Positions 20,276 to 30,182 of a stretch of 64,000 nt of DNA are shown here, in pieces. The notes below the pieces were generated by a model. That model searched no databases. It was not told the origin of the DNA and worked only from the letters and a program-made list of their open reading frames with translations. The DNA comes from Giardia intestinalis (lineage: Eukaryota), in assembly GCA_000002435.2 (NCBI GenBank), contig CM018792.1; one strand, written 5' to 3'. Within the stretch, counting starts at the first letter, position 1; the number at the start of each line of letters is the position of its first letter. Both the position numbers and the translations under genes were made by a program.

Positions 20276-23200
20276 ATGGCCTTCACCCCGTATGTGCCAC
20301 CGAGCGTGCTCCACATACCTCAGGGCCTACTGGACTTTCCTGCGATGGAGGAGGAGATGCTTAACTACTGGGACCAGATCCAGGCATTTGAGACGCAGCT
20401 CCGCCTCACCAGAAGCTACCCACCTTTCAACTTCTACGACGGTCCGCCGTTCGCCACTGGGCTTCCTCACTACGGTCATCTTTTAGCCGGTACCATAAAG
20501 GATGTTGTCTGTAGATATTATTCGATGAATCGTCGTTATGTGAATCGTCGTTTTGGCTGGGATTGCCACGGACTTCCTGTCGAGTATGAAGTTGACAAGA
20601 TGCTTGACGTCAAGAGCCCTAGCGATGTCATCAATAAAATAGGCATCAGAAAGTACAATCAAACGTGCAGGTCAATCGTCATGAGATATTCGCAGGAGTG
20701 GGAGGCCATCGTCAAGCGATCTGGTCGCTGGATAGACTTTAAGCGTGACTACAAGACTATGAATCTTCTCTTTATGGAGTCTGTGTGGTGGGTGTTTAAA
20801 GAGCTATACGACAAAGGTCTTGTTTATGAGGGGACCAAGGTGATGCCATACAGCACGGCCTGTGCTACGCCTCTATCTAACTTCGAAGCCAACTTAAATT
20901 ACAAAGAGGTCCAAGACATGACGTGTATCGTTAGCTTCCCAGTGATAGTACCAGACACAAACCGCGAGGTGGGTGGGACCGTTGATAAGAACGTGAATGA
21001 GGAGAAGATCTCCCTTTGGAAGAAGGTGTTTTCTCCTTTTCCCGAGGTACACCTAGTGGCTTGGACCACGACACCGTGGACTCTACCCTCCAATCTTGCT
21101 CTTTGCGTCAATCCTTCTCTAGCTTATCTTCTTTGCCGACGAGTGTTGGATTCTGATGGCGGAAAAGCTGAGAACTCACCGTGCTATCTCGTTGCTGAAT
21201 CTCTTGTAAAGACCCTGTTTCCTCCTCTGGTGGACAAAAAGACGAAGAAGGAGACCCCTACGCATGAAGTTCTCCACCGGCTTGTTGGCCAGGACTTGGC
21301 AGGTCTGCGTTACAACCCCCTTTTCCCGTACTTTAAGTCCTCATATGGAGCGAAGCATGCTTGCTGGAAGGTTGTCGCAGATGACTATGTAACGTCAGAC
21401 TCTGGAGTGGGCATAGTCCATATTGCTCCTTTCTTTGGCGAGGACGACTACAGAGTTGGTTTGGAAAACAACATTATCGTGAAGGATGGAGATATCGTTT
21501 GTCCTCTGGACGACTCTGGCAACTTCCTCCCCGACGTTGTTGACTTTGCAGGCCTCTATGTTAAGGACGCCAACAAGCCCATATTAAAGTATCTCAAGGA
21601 GGCCGGCAGGCTTGTCTCCCAGTCTACATGTACCCACAGCTATCCCTATTGTTGGCGCTCAGACACTCCTCTAATCTATCGGGCGATTCCCTCCTGGTTT
21701 GTCCGGGTCGAGCAGATAAAGGATTCCTTGATAAGGAACAACCTGAAGGCCTCTTGGGTTCCAAAGGCAATTCAAGAGAAGAGGTTCCACAACTGGCTGG
21801 AGAATGCCCGTGACTGGTCTATAAGTCGCAACCGCTTTTGGGGCTGCCCGATTCCCATTTGGATGTCAGCCGACAAGACCCAGCTGAAAGTTATTGGAAG
21901 TATCTCGGAGTTGAGTGAGCTGACTGGGGTTCCTCTGACCCGAATCAGGGATATCCACCGGGACTATCTCGATAACATGACAATACCCGATCCGCGAGGG
22001 CCGGACTATCCCCCAATGAGACGCATTTCTCCTGTCTTTGACTGCTGGTTTGAGTCTGGGTCTATGCCCTATGCGCAAAAGCACTACCCATTCCATCCTG
22101 ATTACAAGAAGGCACAGGGCGTAGACGCGTTTCTCAAGGAGTTTCCAGGAGACTTTATCGCTGAAGGCCTTGATCAGACACGAGGCTGGTTCTACACACT
22201 TCTCATTCTCTCAACAGCTCTCTTCGACAGCCCACCGTCCATGAACTGCATCGTCAACGGTCTTGTCCTGGCGAGCGACGGCCAGAAGATGTCCAAGCGT
22301 ATCCGTAACTATCCGGACGTTAACCACATTATCAATACCTATGGGTCCGATGCACTTCGCCTCTATCTGGTAAACTCCCCTGCGGTCCGTGCTCAAGAGC
22401 TGCGGTTCCGTGAGGAAGGTGTAAAGGGCGTGACGAAGGACCTGTTTGTTCCTTGGTACAATAGCTTCCGCTTCTTCACACAACAGGCCACCAGGTATCA
22501 CGAGGTCACAGGGAAAGATTTCCTTTCACTGCTTATTCACTCAGAAAAGCCGCTATTTGAGGAAGCGCTGAAACGAATGGTAACTAGCGTCCTCGATATG
22601 TGGATTTTAGCTTCCTTTGAGCAGTTGGTCGCGACTGTTAGACGCGAAATGGCCTCCTACCAACTATATAACGTGCTTCCTGAGCTTCTACGGTTCATCG
22701 ACGATCTGACAAAATGGTATATCCGCTTCAACAGAGACACGCTCAAGGGAGAGGATGGGGTCAGCGCCACGTACGTCAGTCTAAATGTTTTGTTCTATGT
22801 CCTGTTCATGCTCTGTCGCTTAATGGCACCCTACACTCCTTTTGTGTGCGACTGGATGTACCTTCAACTCAGGCCAGTTATGAATCTCCCCGGTGTGTTC
22901 GATAAAGTGGCATACCGCTCGATCCACTTTTGGGCAGTTCCTAGCCTTGCGCCCAACACCTTCAAGTTTCAAGCACAGCCCAACGTTATCCAGAAGATGA
23001 CTGCGCTCAAAGACGTCATCATGCTCGGGCGGATGGTACGCAAGGACAAGTGTGGGGTCACGTCGTTCAAGATGCCACTGGGGAGTGTTACCATAGCACA
23101 CGACAGGAAGGAAATTCTGGATGAGCTCAAAACTCTGGTGTCGTTCATTCAAAGCGAACTGAATGTCCTCGAGGTCAACTTCCATGTAGGCGAGGAGGGG

Positions 23201-23773
23201 CTGGCAACGTTTGCTGTTATTCCAGACTTTATAGCCATCAAAGAAGTGTATGCTGGGGATAAGAAGGTGCTTGGAAACGTAATCAACAAGGTGAAAGGGC
23301 TCTGTGACATCTCAAAGCCTGAAAACCTAGCCTTTGTAAAGGAGCTCAGAAAGACTGGGCGCTGCCAGCTGGACGGCATAACTGTGACAAGCGATCTATG
23401 CAAAGTAATGCTGGAGCCCATCCCCGTCCCGAATTACGCCAGTGCAGCGGACGAGAACGGATTCCTCTGCTCCTTCGATACACGCATCACTCAAGAGATA
23501 AAGCAGAAGGCTGTCGTGCGTATTCTATTCAGTAAGATTCAACAACTGCGCAGGCGGGTTGGCATGGACTTTCGCGACAAGGCAGATGTCTATGTATACT
23601 CCGTTCAAGAGGGGGACGAGTTGGTCCAGTACGCCGTCGACTCTATTGCAGATCGCTTGAACGGAACAATCCGTAACTCAGAGCCGGGGAACATCGAGAG
23701 CAAATCAGCTACAGAGATGGCCTCGATAGAGAACGACATCTTCAAGTGCACAGTCCAGATTGTCAAATATTAG
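20276..23773 (+). CDS. IARS: isoleucyl-tRNA synthetase, cytoplasmic type (1165 aa)
   Basis: Class I HIGH motif as PHYGHLLAG. KMSKS motif as QKMSKR. tRNA-synthetase class I editing and catalytic core similarity throughout. The length is typical of eukaryotic IleRS. Confidence 0.95.
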   Translation: MAFTPYVPPSVLHIPQGLLDFPAMEEEMLNYWDQIQAFETQLRLTRSYPPFNFYDGPPFATGLPHYGHLLAGTIKDVVCRYYSMNRRYVNRRFGWDCHGLPVEYEVDKMLDVKSPSDVINKIGIRKYNQTCRSIVMRYSQEWEAIVKRSGRWIDFKRDYKTMNLLFMESVWWVFKELYDKGLVYEGTKVMPYSTACATPLSNFEANLNYKEVQDMTCIVSFPVIVPDTNREVGGTVDKNVNEEKISLWKKVFSPFPEVHLVAWTTTPWTLPSNLALCVNPSLAYLLCRRVLDSDGGKAENSPCYLVAESLVKTLFPPLVDKKTKKETPTHEVLHRLVGQDLAGLRYNPLFPYFKSSYGAKHACWKVVADDYVTSDSGVGIVHIAPFFGEDDYRVGLENNIIVKDGDIVCPLDDSGNFLPDVVDFAGLYVKDANKPILKYLKEAGRLVSQSTCTHSYPYCWRSDTPLIYRAIPSWFVRVEQIKDSLIRNNLKASWVPKAIQEKRFHNWLENARDWSISRNRFWGCPIPIWMSADKTQLKVIGSISELSELTGVPLTRIRDIHRDYLDNMTIPDPRGPDYPPMRRISPVFDCWFESGSMPYAQKHYPFHPDYKKAQGVDAFLKEFPGDFIAEGLDQTRGWFYTLLILSTALFDSPPSMNCIVNGLVLASDGQKMSKRIRNYPDVNHIINTYGSDALRLYLVNSPAVRAQELRFREEGVKGVTKDLFVPWYNSFRFFTQQATRYHEVTGKDFLSLLIHSEKPLFEEALKRMVTSVLDMWILASFEQLVATVRREMASYQLYNVLPELLRFIDDLTKWYIRFNRDTLKGEDGVSATYVSLNVLFYVLFMLCRLMAPYTPFVCDWMYLQLRPVMNLPGVFDKVAYRSIHFWAVPSLAPNTFKFQAQPNVIQKMTALKDVIMLGRMVRKDKCGVTSFKMPLGSVTIAHDRKEILDELKTLVSFIQSELNVLEVNFHVGEEGLATFAVIPDFIAIKEVYAGDKKVLGNVINKVKGLCDISKPENLAFVKELRKTGRCQLDGITVTSDLCKVMLEPIPVPNYASAADENGFLCSFDTRITQEIKQKAVVRILFSKIQQLRRRVGMDFRDKADVYVYSVQEGDELVQYAVDSIADRLNGTIRNSEPGNIESKSATEMASIENDIFKCTVQIVKY

Positions 23774-23873
23774 TGGACCATCAATAAATTGCCCTTTTGT
23801 GGTTGATTGAACAATTTCTAAAAAATGTTGCAATTAAATTCTGCCCACGTCAGCCACAAGTTAGCCTCCGGGG

Positions 23874-24995
23874 ATGATATACTTCGTCTTCTGTTCAGCA
23901 GACTGTAACTTAGCTTGCTCGTATTGTGGCAACTCGCCCGAGGATCTCTGCATGCCTGCCAAGCCAACCTATGAGTTCGAGAAGCTCGCGGAGTTTATTG
24001 CCGGAGACGATGATCCTGTCTTCGTGTTTTACGGTGGAGAGCCCTTGCTGAACCGTCCCTATGTATGCCGCGTCATGGATCGCTTTCCAGACGCCACTTT
24101 TGTGCTGCAATCCAACTGCACGTTGCTCTATGATTTGCCCACCCCCTACCTTAAGAGATTCGCCTGCATACTGCTTTCCATTGATGGCCGCCCGGAAACG
24201 GTTGATGCTTATCGGGGAGAGGGCGTCTACGAAAGGATTGAGAAGAACATCAACGACGCCCGCTCTCGAGGATATACTGGACCGATCGTGGCTCGTATGG
24301 CGTGCTCGTTGAAGACAGACATATATAAGGATGTCCACTACCTCATGTATGAATCTCCGCTGAAGTTTGACGCTGTTTATTGGCAGCTAGATGTCGAGTG
24401 GGACTCTCCCATGAATGCCCGTTGGGGGAACTTCGAGGTCTGGATGCGTCAAACATATATGCCAGGGGTTGACAGGCTCTTCAAGGAATGGCGCGAGGGT
24501 CTGGAGCGTGGAGATGTGAAGGTCATTGTCCCGTTCAACACAATTACAGAGGCATACTTGGATTGCAATGCCATCGATGGTGCAGATCCTTCTGTCCCCA
24601 GACGCGGATACTTGCGCTGCTCAGCTGGGCACAAGGCGGTTAGCATCACAACTGATGGCCGAGTGCTGGCGTGTCCTGTTGCAAGCGGGGAATGCTGGAA
24701 CAACCTCGGAAAGCTAAGTGACTCTCGGACCTCTCTCTTGGGTCAGAAGTCTGTTGGAGGAATGTGTGACGTCTGTGAGGTCCGAGAGGTTTGCGGGGGT
24801 CGCTGCTTATACGCAAACCAAACCCTCTGGTGGGGTGATGATGGACATGCCTTAGTGTGTGAGCTCAACAAGCACCTTATCGCCCTTTGTGAATCGCACT
24901 CTGACAGGGTCCAAACGATGCTTGCAACTGGAAAGATCTCATGGGCTCAGTTCCACTTTCCGAGCGAGCGCTACAGTCTGGAGATCATCCCCTGA
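23874..24995 (+). CDS. radical SAM enzyme with C-terminal SPASM-like auxiliary Fe-S cluster domain (anaerobic sulfatase-maturase / peptide-modifying family, 373 aa)
   Basis: CNLACSYC is the CX3CX2C radical SAM cluster motif. FYGGEPLL is the GGEP SAM-binding motif. C-terminal CSAGHKAVSITTDGRVLACP and CDVCEVREVCGGRC give the SPASM cysteine pattern. The stop overlaps the AGTAAAT poly(A) signal. Confidence 0.8.
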   Translation: MIYFVFCSADCNLACSYCGNSPEDLCMPAKPTYEFEKLAEFIAGDDDPVFVFYGGEPLLNRPYVCRVMDRFPDATFVLQSNCTLLYDLPTPYLKRFACILLSIDGRPETVDAYRGEGVYERIEKNINDARSRGYTGPIVARMACSLKTDIYKDVHYLMYESPLKFDAVYWQLDVEWDSPMNARWGNFEVWMRQTYMPGVDRLFKEWREGLERGDVKVIVPFNTITEAYLDCNAIDGADPSVPRRGYLRCSAGHKAVSITTDGRVLACPVASGECWNNLGKLSDSRTSLLGQKSVGGMCDVCEVREVCGGRCLYANQTLWWGDDGHALVCELNKHLIALCESHSDRVQTMLATGKISWAQFHFPSERYSLEIIP

Positions 24996-25001
24996 GTAAA
25001 T
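24995..25001 (+). promoter_or_regulatory. Giardia-type polyadenylation signal AGTAAAT overlapping the TGA stop of the radical SAM gene
   Basis: The string ccTGAGTAAAttcc contains the consensus AGTRAAY. Confidence 0.5.
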
Positions 25002-25055
25002 TCCCGAAAGATTTTAAAATGAATTTGCGGCCTTAGAGAAAAGCGATCCCGAACT

Positions 25056-25460
25056 ATGGTCCACATTCCGAAGGCAGTCTACAAGGCCGTTTACGCGCAT
25101 CTGTACGAGAATGCGTCTCTGGCTCTGAAGGAATACTGGCGCGTAGGGAACGTGCCAGGGATCACGTATGTCGATGAGAATGGCAAGCTCTGCAATCCCA
25201 CCTATCTTCACGTCAATTGTATAATGCAGTCTCTTGAGTCCCGTGGCGTTGTGAAGGATACATTCGCCTGGAGACACCACTACTATCTTCTCACTGAGAA
25301 GGGCGAGCAGTTCATCCGCAAGGAGTTGGATCTCACCGACGATGTTCTCCCGACGCCGTATTCGAAGCCTAGTATTAAGCCTCCTCAATATGCACAGTGC
25401 TTCTCGTCGAAGGGCAAGCCCGATAGAGCCCCCCAGCCTAAGCCCGATGAAGCAAAGTAA
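25056..25460 (+). CDS. RPS10: 40S ribosomal protein S10e
   Basis: MVHIPKAVYKAVYAHLYENASLALKEYW...VKDTFAWRHHYYLLTEKGEQFIRKEL matches the plectin/S10 N-terminal domain. The ortholog consensus is IYELLFKEGV...[26 protein letters not shown]. Strong GC3 bias. Confidence 0.88.
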   Translation: MVHIPKAVYKAVYAHLYENASLALKEYWRVGNVPGITYVDENGKLCNPTYLHVNCIMQSLESRGVVKDTFAWRHHYYLLTEKGEQFIRKELDLTDDVLPTPYSKPSIKPPQYAQCFSSKGKPDRAPQPKPDEAK

Positions 25461-25560
25461 AATCTGAGCCCATAGCTTCCACGCACAGATGATCCCCAGC
25501 GGAATGTTGGAGTAAATCAAGTCCTGGCCCGTGTGGTCTTATCCCTTGAGCCAGATAAAA

Positions 25561-28500
25561 ATGAGTGCTGGGGTGCAGGCTCCCACGCCTGTTAAACGCT
25601 ACTCGTCTCTCTTCCCGACTGGCCAGCACAACATTAGCGATGGCGATGGCGTTGGGCCTGCGTCTGGATCATTCTTGGAGATTTTCCGCTATGTTCACAA
25701 GAAGAGGCCTTCAATGGCAGTTCTGTCCTGCTCGCTGAACACCATTCCTCGGTCAGAGGGTATACTGCGTAAGCTCGGGGTTCCGATAGCTCTGAGCGTG
25801 TCTCCTCTCGCTCCGCTAGACAATCTGCGTGTTGTGGGTCTCCAGTCAAGCAGTATACCCCTAATAACGGCCCCGCCCATTCGTTGCCAGCGGTGTCGGG
25901 GATACATGAATCCATACAACATATTGCTTAACGAAAGCTGGACGTGCGTCCTCTGCTCCCGCGTGAACCCATATCCCCCTAACCGTGTTCCAGCCCTAGT
26001 CTTTAGCGCACAAGCCAACGCCTTTGTTCCCTCTATTCCACCCGAGTGTAGTCCAGGTAACACATGCTCCTTCCCCTACGCGGAGTTCCTCTGTGCTACG
26101 GTGGAGTATGACGTATCGGCTAACCTGGCGTTTCTACCCGCTACCACCGATGCAGCTGCTGCACGGTTTAGCGAGCTGAATCCTGGAGAGGTGTCCCATG
26201 TGCAAGCATCGGTCCTGTCTGCAGATGCCATTATGGAGGCCAATGCCATTACCGTAGCAGCAGAACAGCCTTTTTCAAGTCTAGAATTAGCACAGAATCG
26301 CTTTGAAGGGAACAACATCTCAATACCAAGTACTGAGTGCCTATATGCAAGGAAGCTCCCCGTGCTAAATGCAGATGAGCTTATTGCGAACGCCGTACCT
26401 GTATCGGAGAAAGACTCTGTACATCTTCTGCACAAGGCACAGCCCGTTTGTCTTCCATTTAGTATAATAGTTCTTATTCCAATTACTGTTAATAGCATTA
26501 ATTCAGGGGTTCTCGCCAGCTCATGCACATCCATTTTGTCCTCGCTGCAGCTAATGAACCAGCACATATCCTTTGTACCACTGTTCTATAATCAAAAGAT
26601 CATCTGTTACAGACGGATCAACCACGATCCAGAGCGCATAGAAGAGATAGAAATAACTCCAGATCCTCTAGTGTCGGAGCCAGTTATCCCATATCCGCTT
26701 GAAGAATTGGCCATAACCAGAGACTTCGCAAAGGAACAATCCTTCTTTCAAAAGCTGCTTTCCCGGTTCTACAATCAGGCTGCCGCCTCTGTGGCCGCGG
26801 GTGCAGAGCATTACACCGTGTCCTCAATGATCTCTGCCATTTCTGGGTGCATCTCCACACTACAGAGGATGAGCGGTAAGATAGTAGTTGTTCAAACAGA
26901 TCCTTGCACGCGCGGCATTGGGTGCAATCCCCTTTCCACTATCAACCCAGTTGAGTATTCGAATCCTAGCGTTGAGAAGCTTTACTTATCGAGAAGCATG
27001 TTGATAAATAGACTTGCCTATGCTGCAGCTAGTCATAATATTGGTATTGACATTATAGCTCTGCCCATGGACAAAAACGTGAATTTGGGCCTCGTGCCCC
27101 TATCCTCTCTTTGCGTCATGACAGGTGGCGCGCTTCTCTACAACGAGGCGTCCGCCTATGCCGAAAAGCATTCTGCTAGCGCTATGGGTCTCGGAAATGC
27201 CGATTTTGCCACCAATGCACTATTACGGCTCTTGACTGCAACACAGGGCGTCTCAGCAACTTTGTCAATCCGGACGAGCGAGGGCCTAACAGTTAGCATG
27301 CAAGAAGTCACTGGGAAGCCTGCATCGTCCTCTCTCAGCTCGGCTTTCACTGCTACAGGGGCATCCGCCCTCTGGGCTAATACACGAGACTTCATTGCGA
27401 CTACCATGAGTAGACGCTCCGGGGATGGGTCTGGTAATGAGGATTCCGCCCTCAATAAGGGCATGCTTTCCGCCAGTGGCCAGGCATCTGAAGTCTCAAA
27501 GGGGCGGCCATCCATTGAGAATATTGCACAGCTAATTCAAACAGAAAACAAACCACGCTACAAGGTGTCTTCTGCGGATAACTTCTTTGCAAATTACCTT
27601 AAGGTCTCCGATGTGGAGTACAGTTTTGCCAGCATCTCCGAGTACACTTCCTACGTTATGGAGTTGAAGTATAACGCAAAATTGCCCGCTGAGTGTAGCA
27701 ACAGTTATGTCCAGACAGCGCTTCTTTACACAAGTACAGACGGTTCTCGAAGACTCCGCGTGTCGACACTGCAACTAGCGGTGAGTGACAACCTCACGGA
27801 TATATACTCAAATATAGACCAGAGCATCTATATGAGCTGGTTGGCAAAGAAGCTAGCGTTTCTCACTTTGAATAGCGCCGCACTCGTGATGGGTGACATC
27901 GGCGCGCTTGGAGGACGCATCTTGCTGGAAAAGCCTATCTCAGATAGTGGTGTGGATGTTGAAATCGAGGCTGGTCTTGTGAAGTATGGCAGTATTGTCA
28001 TAGGGTCGGCTGTGCCTGCAAGCGGTGATTATTTATCCATGCCGCTTCATGGGGGAGGCATGGCTGATAACAATCTACTCAACGCATCCCAAGCCAGTCA
28101 GAATATACAGACGTCTGTAGTACAGTCCATTTCCAATTCCCTTGGCCTGCAAGGAAAACGCAAGACCATAGACGAGGGTGTCCGCACAGGGCATATGTCA
28201 GCCAATGGAGCAGCCTACTTGCTTTCTAAATACGGTGGACTACTAACAACGAAACAGCTGCCACTCAACATCGCATCGTCCTCTCTACTCTTCGATGGAG
28301 AATATTCCTATGGGGCCGTTCTTAGAGGGAGAAAAACATTAGAGCAAATGGTGTATCCTCTTATCAGGCAATTTAGAGACCTCTCAACAAGCATTGCAAA
28401 CGACAGACTTACAGTTCCAACTAATATGGACCTAGTTCCGTTCTACCTTATGGGGCTGACACGAACTGCACTCTGTCATGCTCACCGCTCTGAAAGCGAG

Positions 28501-29094
28501 GGTGGTCCCTTTACCGCGGACATGCGATGTAGCACTGCATTCCTAGTTGTCTCTGCGTCGGTCAGCTCCATCGCATCGATGCTTTATCCGGTGATATACA
28601 ACATCACTACTTACTTGACATCCTTTGTCCCAGAAATTGGGACCTACAAGACTGCGCACCCAGAGGCGGTGCTCACCATGCCCGTCTCCATTCCTACACC
28701 AATACGTGCATGCAGCAGATATATAGAAAATCTGACCGGAAGCATCTTATATATCGTATCTGGGAATCTGTCATTCTTTTGGGTAGGATCTCTGGTACCT
28801 GAAGAACTCAGAAGGGGGCTCTTCGGTGCACAGTCGCATGGCGAGTTAAGGGTTGCCCCGTTTAGTCTTTATGCTTCTGCTTCTCAGGACAAAGGCATTT
28901 GCTCCACGCTGCTAAACTTTATTACAATCGTTAAGAGGCTTACGGACTGTTGCGGAGGTGACATTGTAGTTCCCGAGGGAGTTGGTGGCGTGGAGGGCCT
29001 TGTACGCTGGATGCTCGTTGAAGACTCGACCAGTCAAGACAAGAGCTATGCAGACTTTCTAAATGGGTTTGCAACGGCAATTGGTGCTGCGTGA
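25561..29094 (+). CDS. SEC24: COPII coat protein Sec24-like (Sec23/24 family)
   Basis: Sec23/24 zinc finger IRCQRCRGYMNPYNILLNESWTCVLCSRVNPYP. The overall length fits Sec24. The first ATG behind the AT leader (GCCAGATAAAAATG) is 25561. The track start is a GTG. Confidence 0.8.
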   Translation: MSAGVQAPTPVKRYSSLFPTGQHNISDGDGVGPASGSFLEIFRYVHKKRPSMAVLSCSLNTIPRSEGILRKLGVPIALSVSPLAPLDNLRVVGLQSSSIPLITAPPIRCQRCRGYMNPYNILLNESWTCVLCSRVNPYPPNRVPALVFSAQANAFVPSIPPECSPGNTCSFPYAEFLCATVEYDVSANLAFLPATTDAAAARFSELNPGEVSHVQASVLSADAIMEANAITVAAEQPFSSLELAQNRFEGNNISIPSTECLYARKLPVLNADELIANAVPVSEKDSVHLLHKAQPVCLPFSIIVLIPITVNSINSGVLASSCTSILSSLQLMNQHISFVPLFYNQKIICYRRINHDPERIEEIEITPDPLVSEPVIPYPLEELAITRDFAKEQSFFQKLLSRFYNQAAASVAAGAEHYTVSSMISAISGCISTLQRMSGKIVVVQTDPCTRGIGCNPLSTINPVEYSNPSVEKLYLSRSMLINRLAYAAASHNIGIDIIALPMDKNVNLGLVPLSSLCVMTGGALLYNEASAYAEKHSASAMGLGNADFATNALLRLLTATQGVSATLSIRTSEGLTVSMQEVTGKPASSSLSSAFTATGASALWANTRDFIATTMSRRSGDGSGNEDSALNKGMLSASGQASEVSKGRPSIENIAQLIQTENKPRYKVSSADNFFANYLKVSDVEYSFASISEYTSYVMELKYNAKLPAECSNSYVQTALLYTSTDGSRRLRVSTLQLAVSDNLTDIYSNIDQSIYMSWLAKKLAFLTLNSAALVMGDIGALGGRILLEKPISDSGVDVEIEAGLVKYGSIVIGSAVPASGDYLSMPLHGGGMADNNLLNASQASQNIQTSVVQSISNSLGLQGKRKTIDEGVRTGHMSANGAAYLLSKYGGLLTTKQLPLNIASSSLLFDGEYSYGAVLRGRKTLEQMVYPLIRQFRDLSTSIANDRLTVPTNMDLVPFYLMGLTRTALCHAHRSESEGGPFTADMRCSTAFLVVSASVSSIASMLYPVIYNITTYLTSFVPEIGTYKTAHPEAVLTMPVSIPTPIRACSRYIENLTGSILYIVSGNLSFFWVGSLVPEELRRGLFGAQSHGELRVAPFSLYASASQDKGICSTLLNFITIVKRLTDCCGGDIVVPEGVGGVEGLVRWMLVEDSTSQDKSYADFLNGFATAIGAA

Positions 29095-29161
29095 CAGAAT
29101 TAGCCTGAGTTGTTTGTGAGTGACGCCTATAACAAAGCAGTCGCAAGCACTTCAGCAATTT

Positions 29162-30157
29162 CTATAATAAACCGTCCTCTTTCCCCTTTTCCACCAGAGC
29201 CTCCATGTCACCGACAATTTCCGAGATGATTTGCAACTTATCCAAGATAGACAGCTTGCTCTCATACTCTCTGCCTATCTTCGAGGTGGCAAGACAGCGG
29301 AGATACAGGTTGTCTATTCCAAGTATGATGACCCCTATGTTGGCCATTGTCCGGTCAATCGTCAGCTTGTGCTTCGCGATCATAGCACTGAGGCCTGTCG
29401 TGTCCCGCTCCTTTATTTCGAGTTCCTTGATAACATTAGAAGTCTCGCTGTTGATTGCATAGACCTTGGCTGCCTGCATCTTTTCAATAGCCCGTGCTTT
29501 TTCGCGTAGCTGCTCGGCATTAAGCTGCTCGGCGCTTACCTGCTCCATTAGCTTTGCATGGGTGGTTTTCAAGTTGGCATATCTGTGAAGGATCTGGTCA
29601 GCGTAGATGAACTCCTCGGAGGCCTGGGTCACGTTCTGGAGAAAGTCCTCATAGACACTCATGTTACTCAGCTCACGCTTCAGACAGCGAAAGCGGGCAG
29701 CCATTCCCTCCTGTGTATGTAGCAGTTCTGCTTGCAGCATGCGAAGCTGCTCCTCATTGCTATACTCCTCGTGCATCCGGAGTAGCGCAGTCTCCTTCTT
29801 TTCATTGTTCTCCTGGATAAACTTTGTGAACCGCTGCTTGGCCACTTCTAGCTCCTTACGTTGGCTGGCCAGAATGGCCTCGCGGTCCTCGAGCGCCTTT
29901 ATCTCCTCGGTGTAGAGAATCCGGCGCTCGTCCAGCCTCGTCTGATAGTCAGCGAGCTGCTTGCGTTTCTGAAGGAGGACAGTCTCGTCGGAGATATGCT
30001 CGAGGGGATGCTGTGTTCCCGTCGATTCTGAGAAGGCGCCCCTAATGTTGTAGATCTTGTCCAAGGAGTCCGATATCATCTTGTCGACGGAGACCTCCTG
30101 CTTTGATGCATCCAACCGCCGCAAAAACTCAAGGTCGTTGACGTTGTCCTCGTTCAT
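29162..30157 (-). CDS. coiled-coil protein (331 aa), possibly cilia/flagella-associated type
   Basis: Continuous heptad-rich K/E/Q/L sequence. ATG at 30155-30157 with AT-rich leader. No enzymatic motif. Confidence 0.5.
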   Translation of the reverse strand: MNEDNVNDLEFLRRLDASKQEVSVDKMISDSLDKIYNIRGAFSESTGTQHPLEHISDETVLLQKRKQLADYQTRLDERRILYTEEIKALEDREAILASQRKELEVAKQRFTKFIQENNEKKETALLRMHEEYSNEEQLRMLQAELLHTQEGMAARFRCLKRELSNMSVYEDFLQNVTQASEEFIYADQILHRYANLKTTHAKLMEQVSAEQLNAEQLREKARAIEKMQAAKVYAINSETSNVIKELEIKERDTTGLSAMIAKHKLTIDRTMANIGVIILGIDNLYLRCLATSKIGREYESKLSILDKLQIISEIVGDMEALVEKGKEDGLL

Positions 30158-30182
30158 CCCGCACAGAATTTTGAATCAGTAT

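Noticed and set aside
25009-25035. Cryptic mini-ORF ATGAATTTGCGGCCTTAG behind a perfect ATTTTAAAATG initiator upstream of RPS10, raising the idea of an intron in RPS10
   Set aside because: No GT...AG/branch-point architecture of the known Giardia introns is evident. The RPS10 ORF from 25056 aligns from its first residue with S10e orthologs. It is more likely a short 5-prime leader.
25014-25520. 168-aa ORF antisense to RPS10, TTG-initiated in the track
   Set aside because: It opposes a confident ribosomal protein gene and starts at a non-ATG codon.
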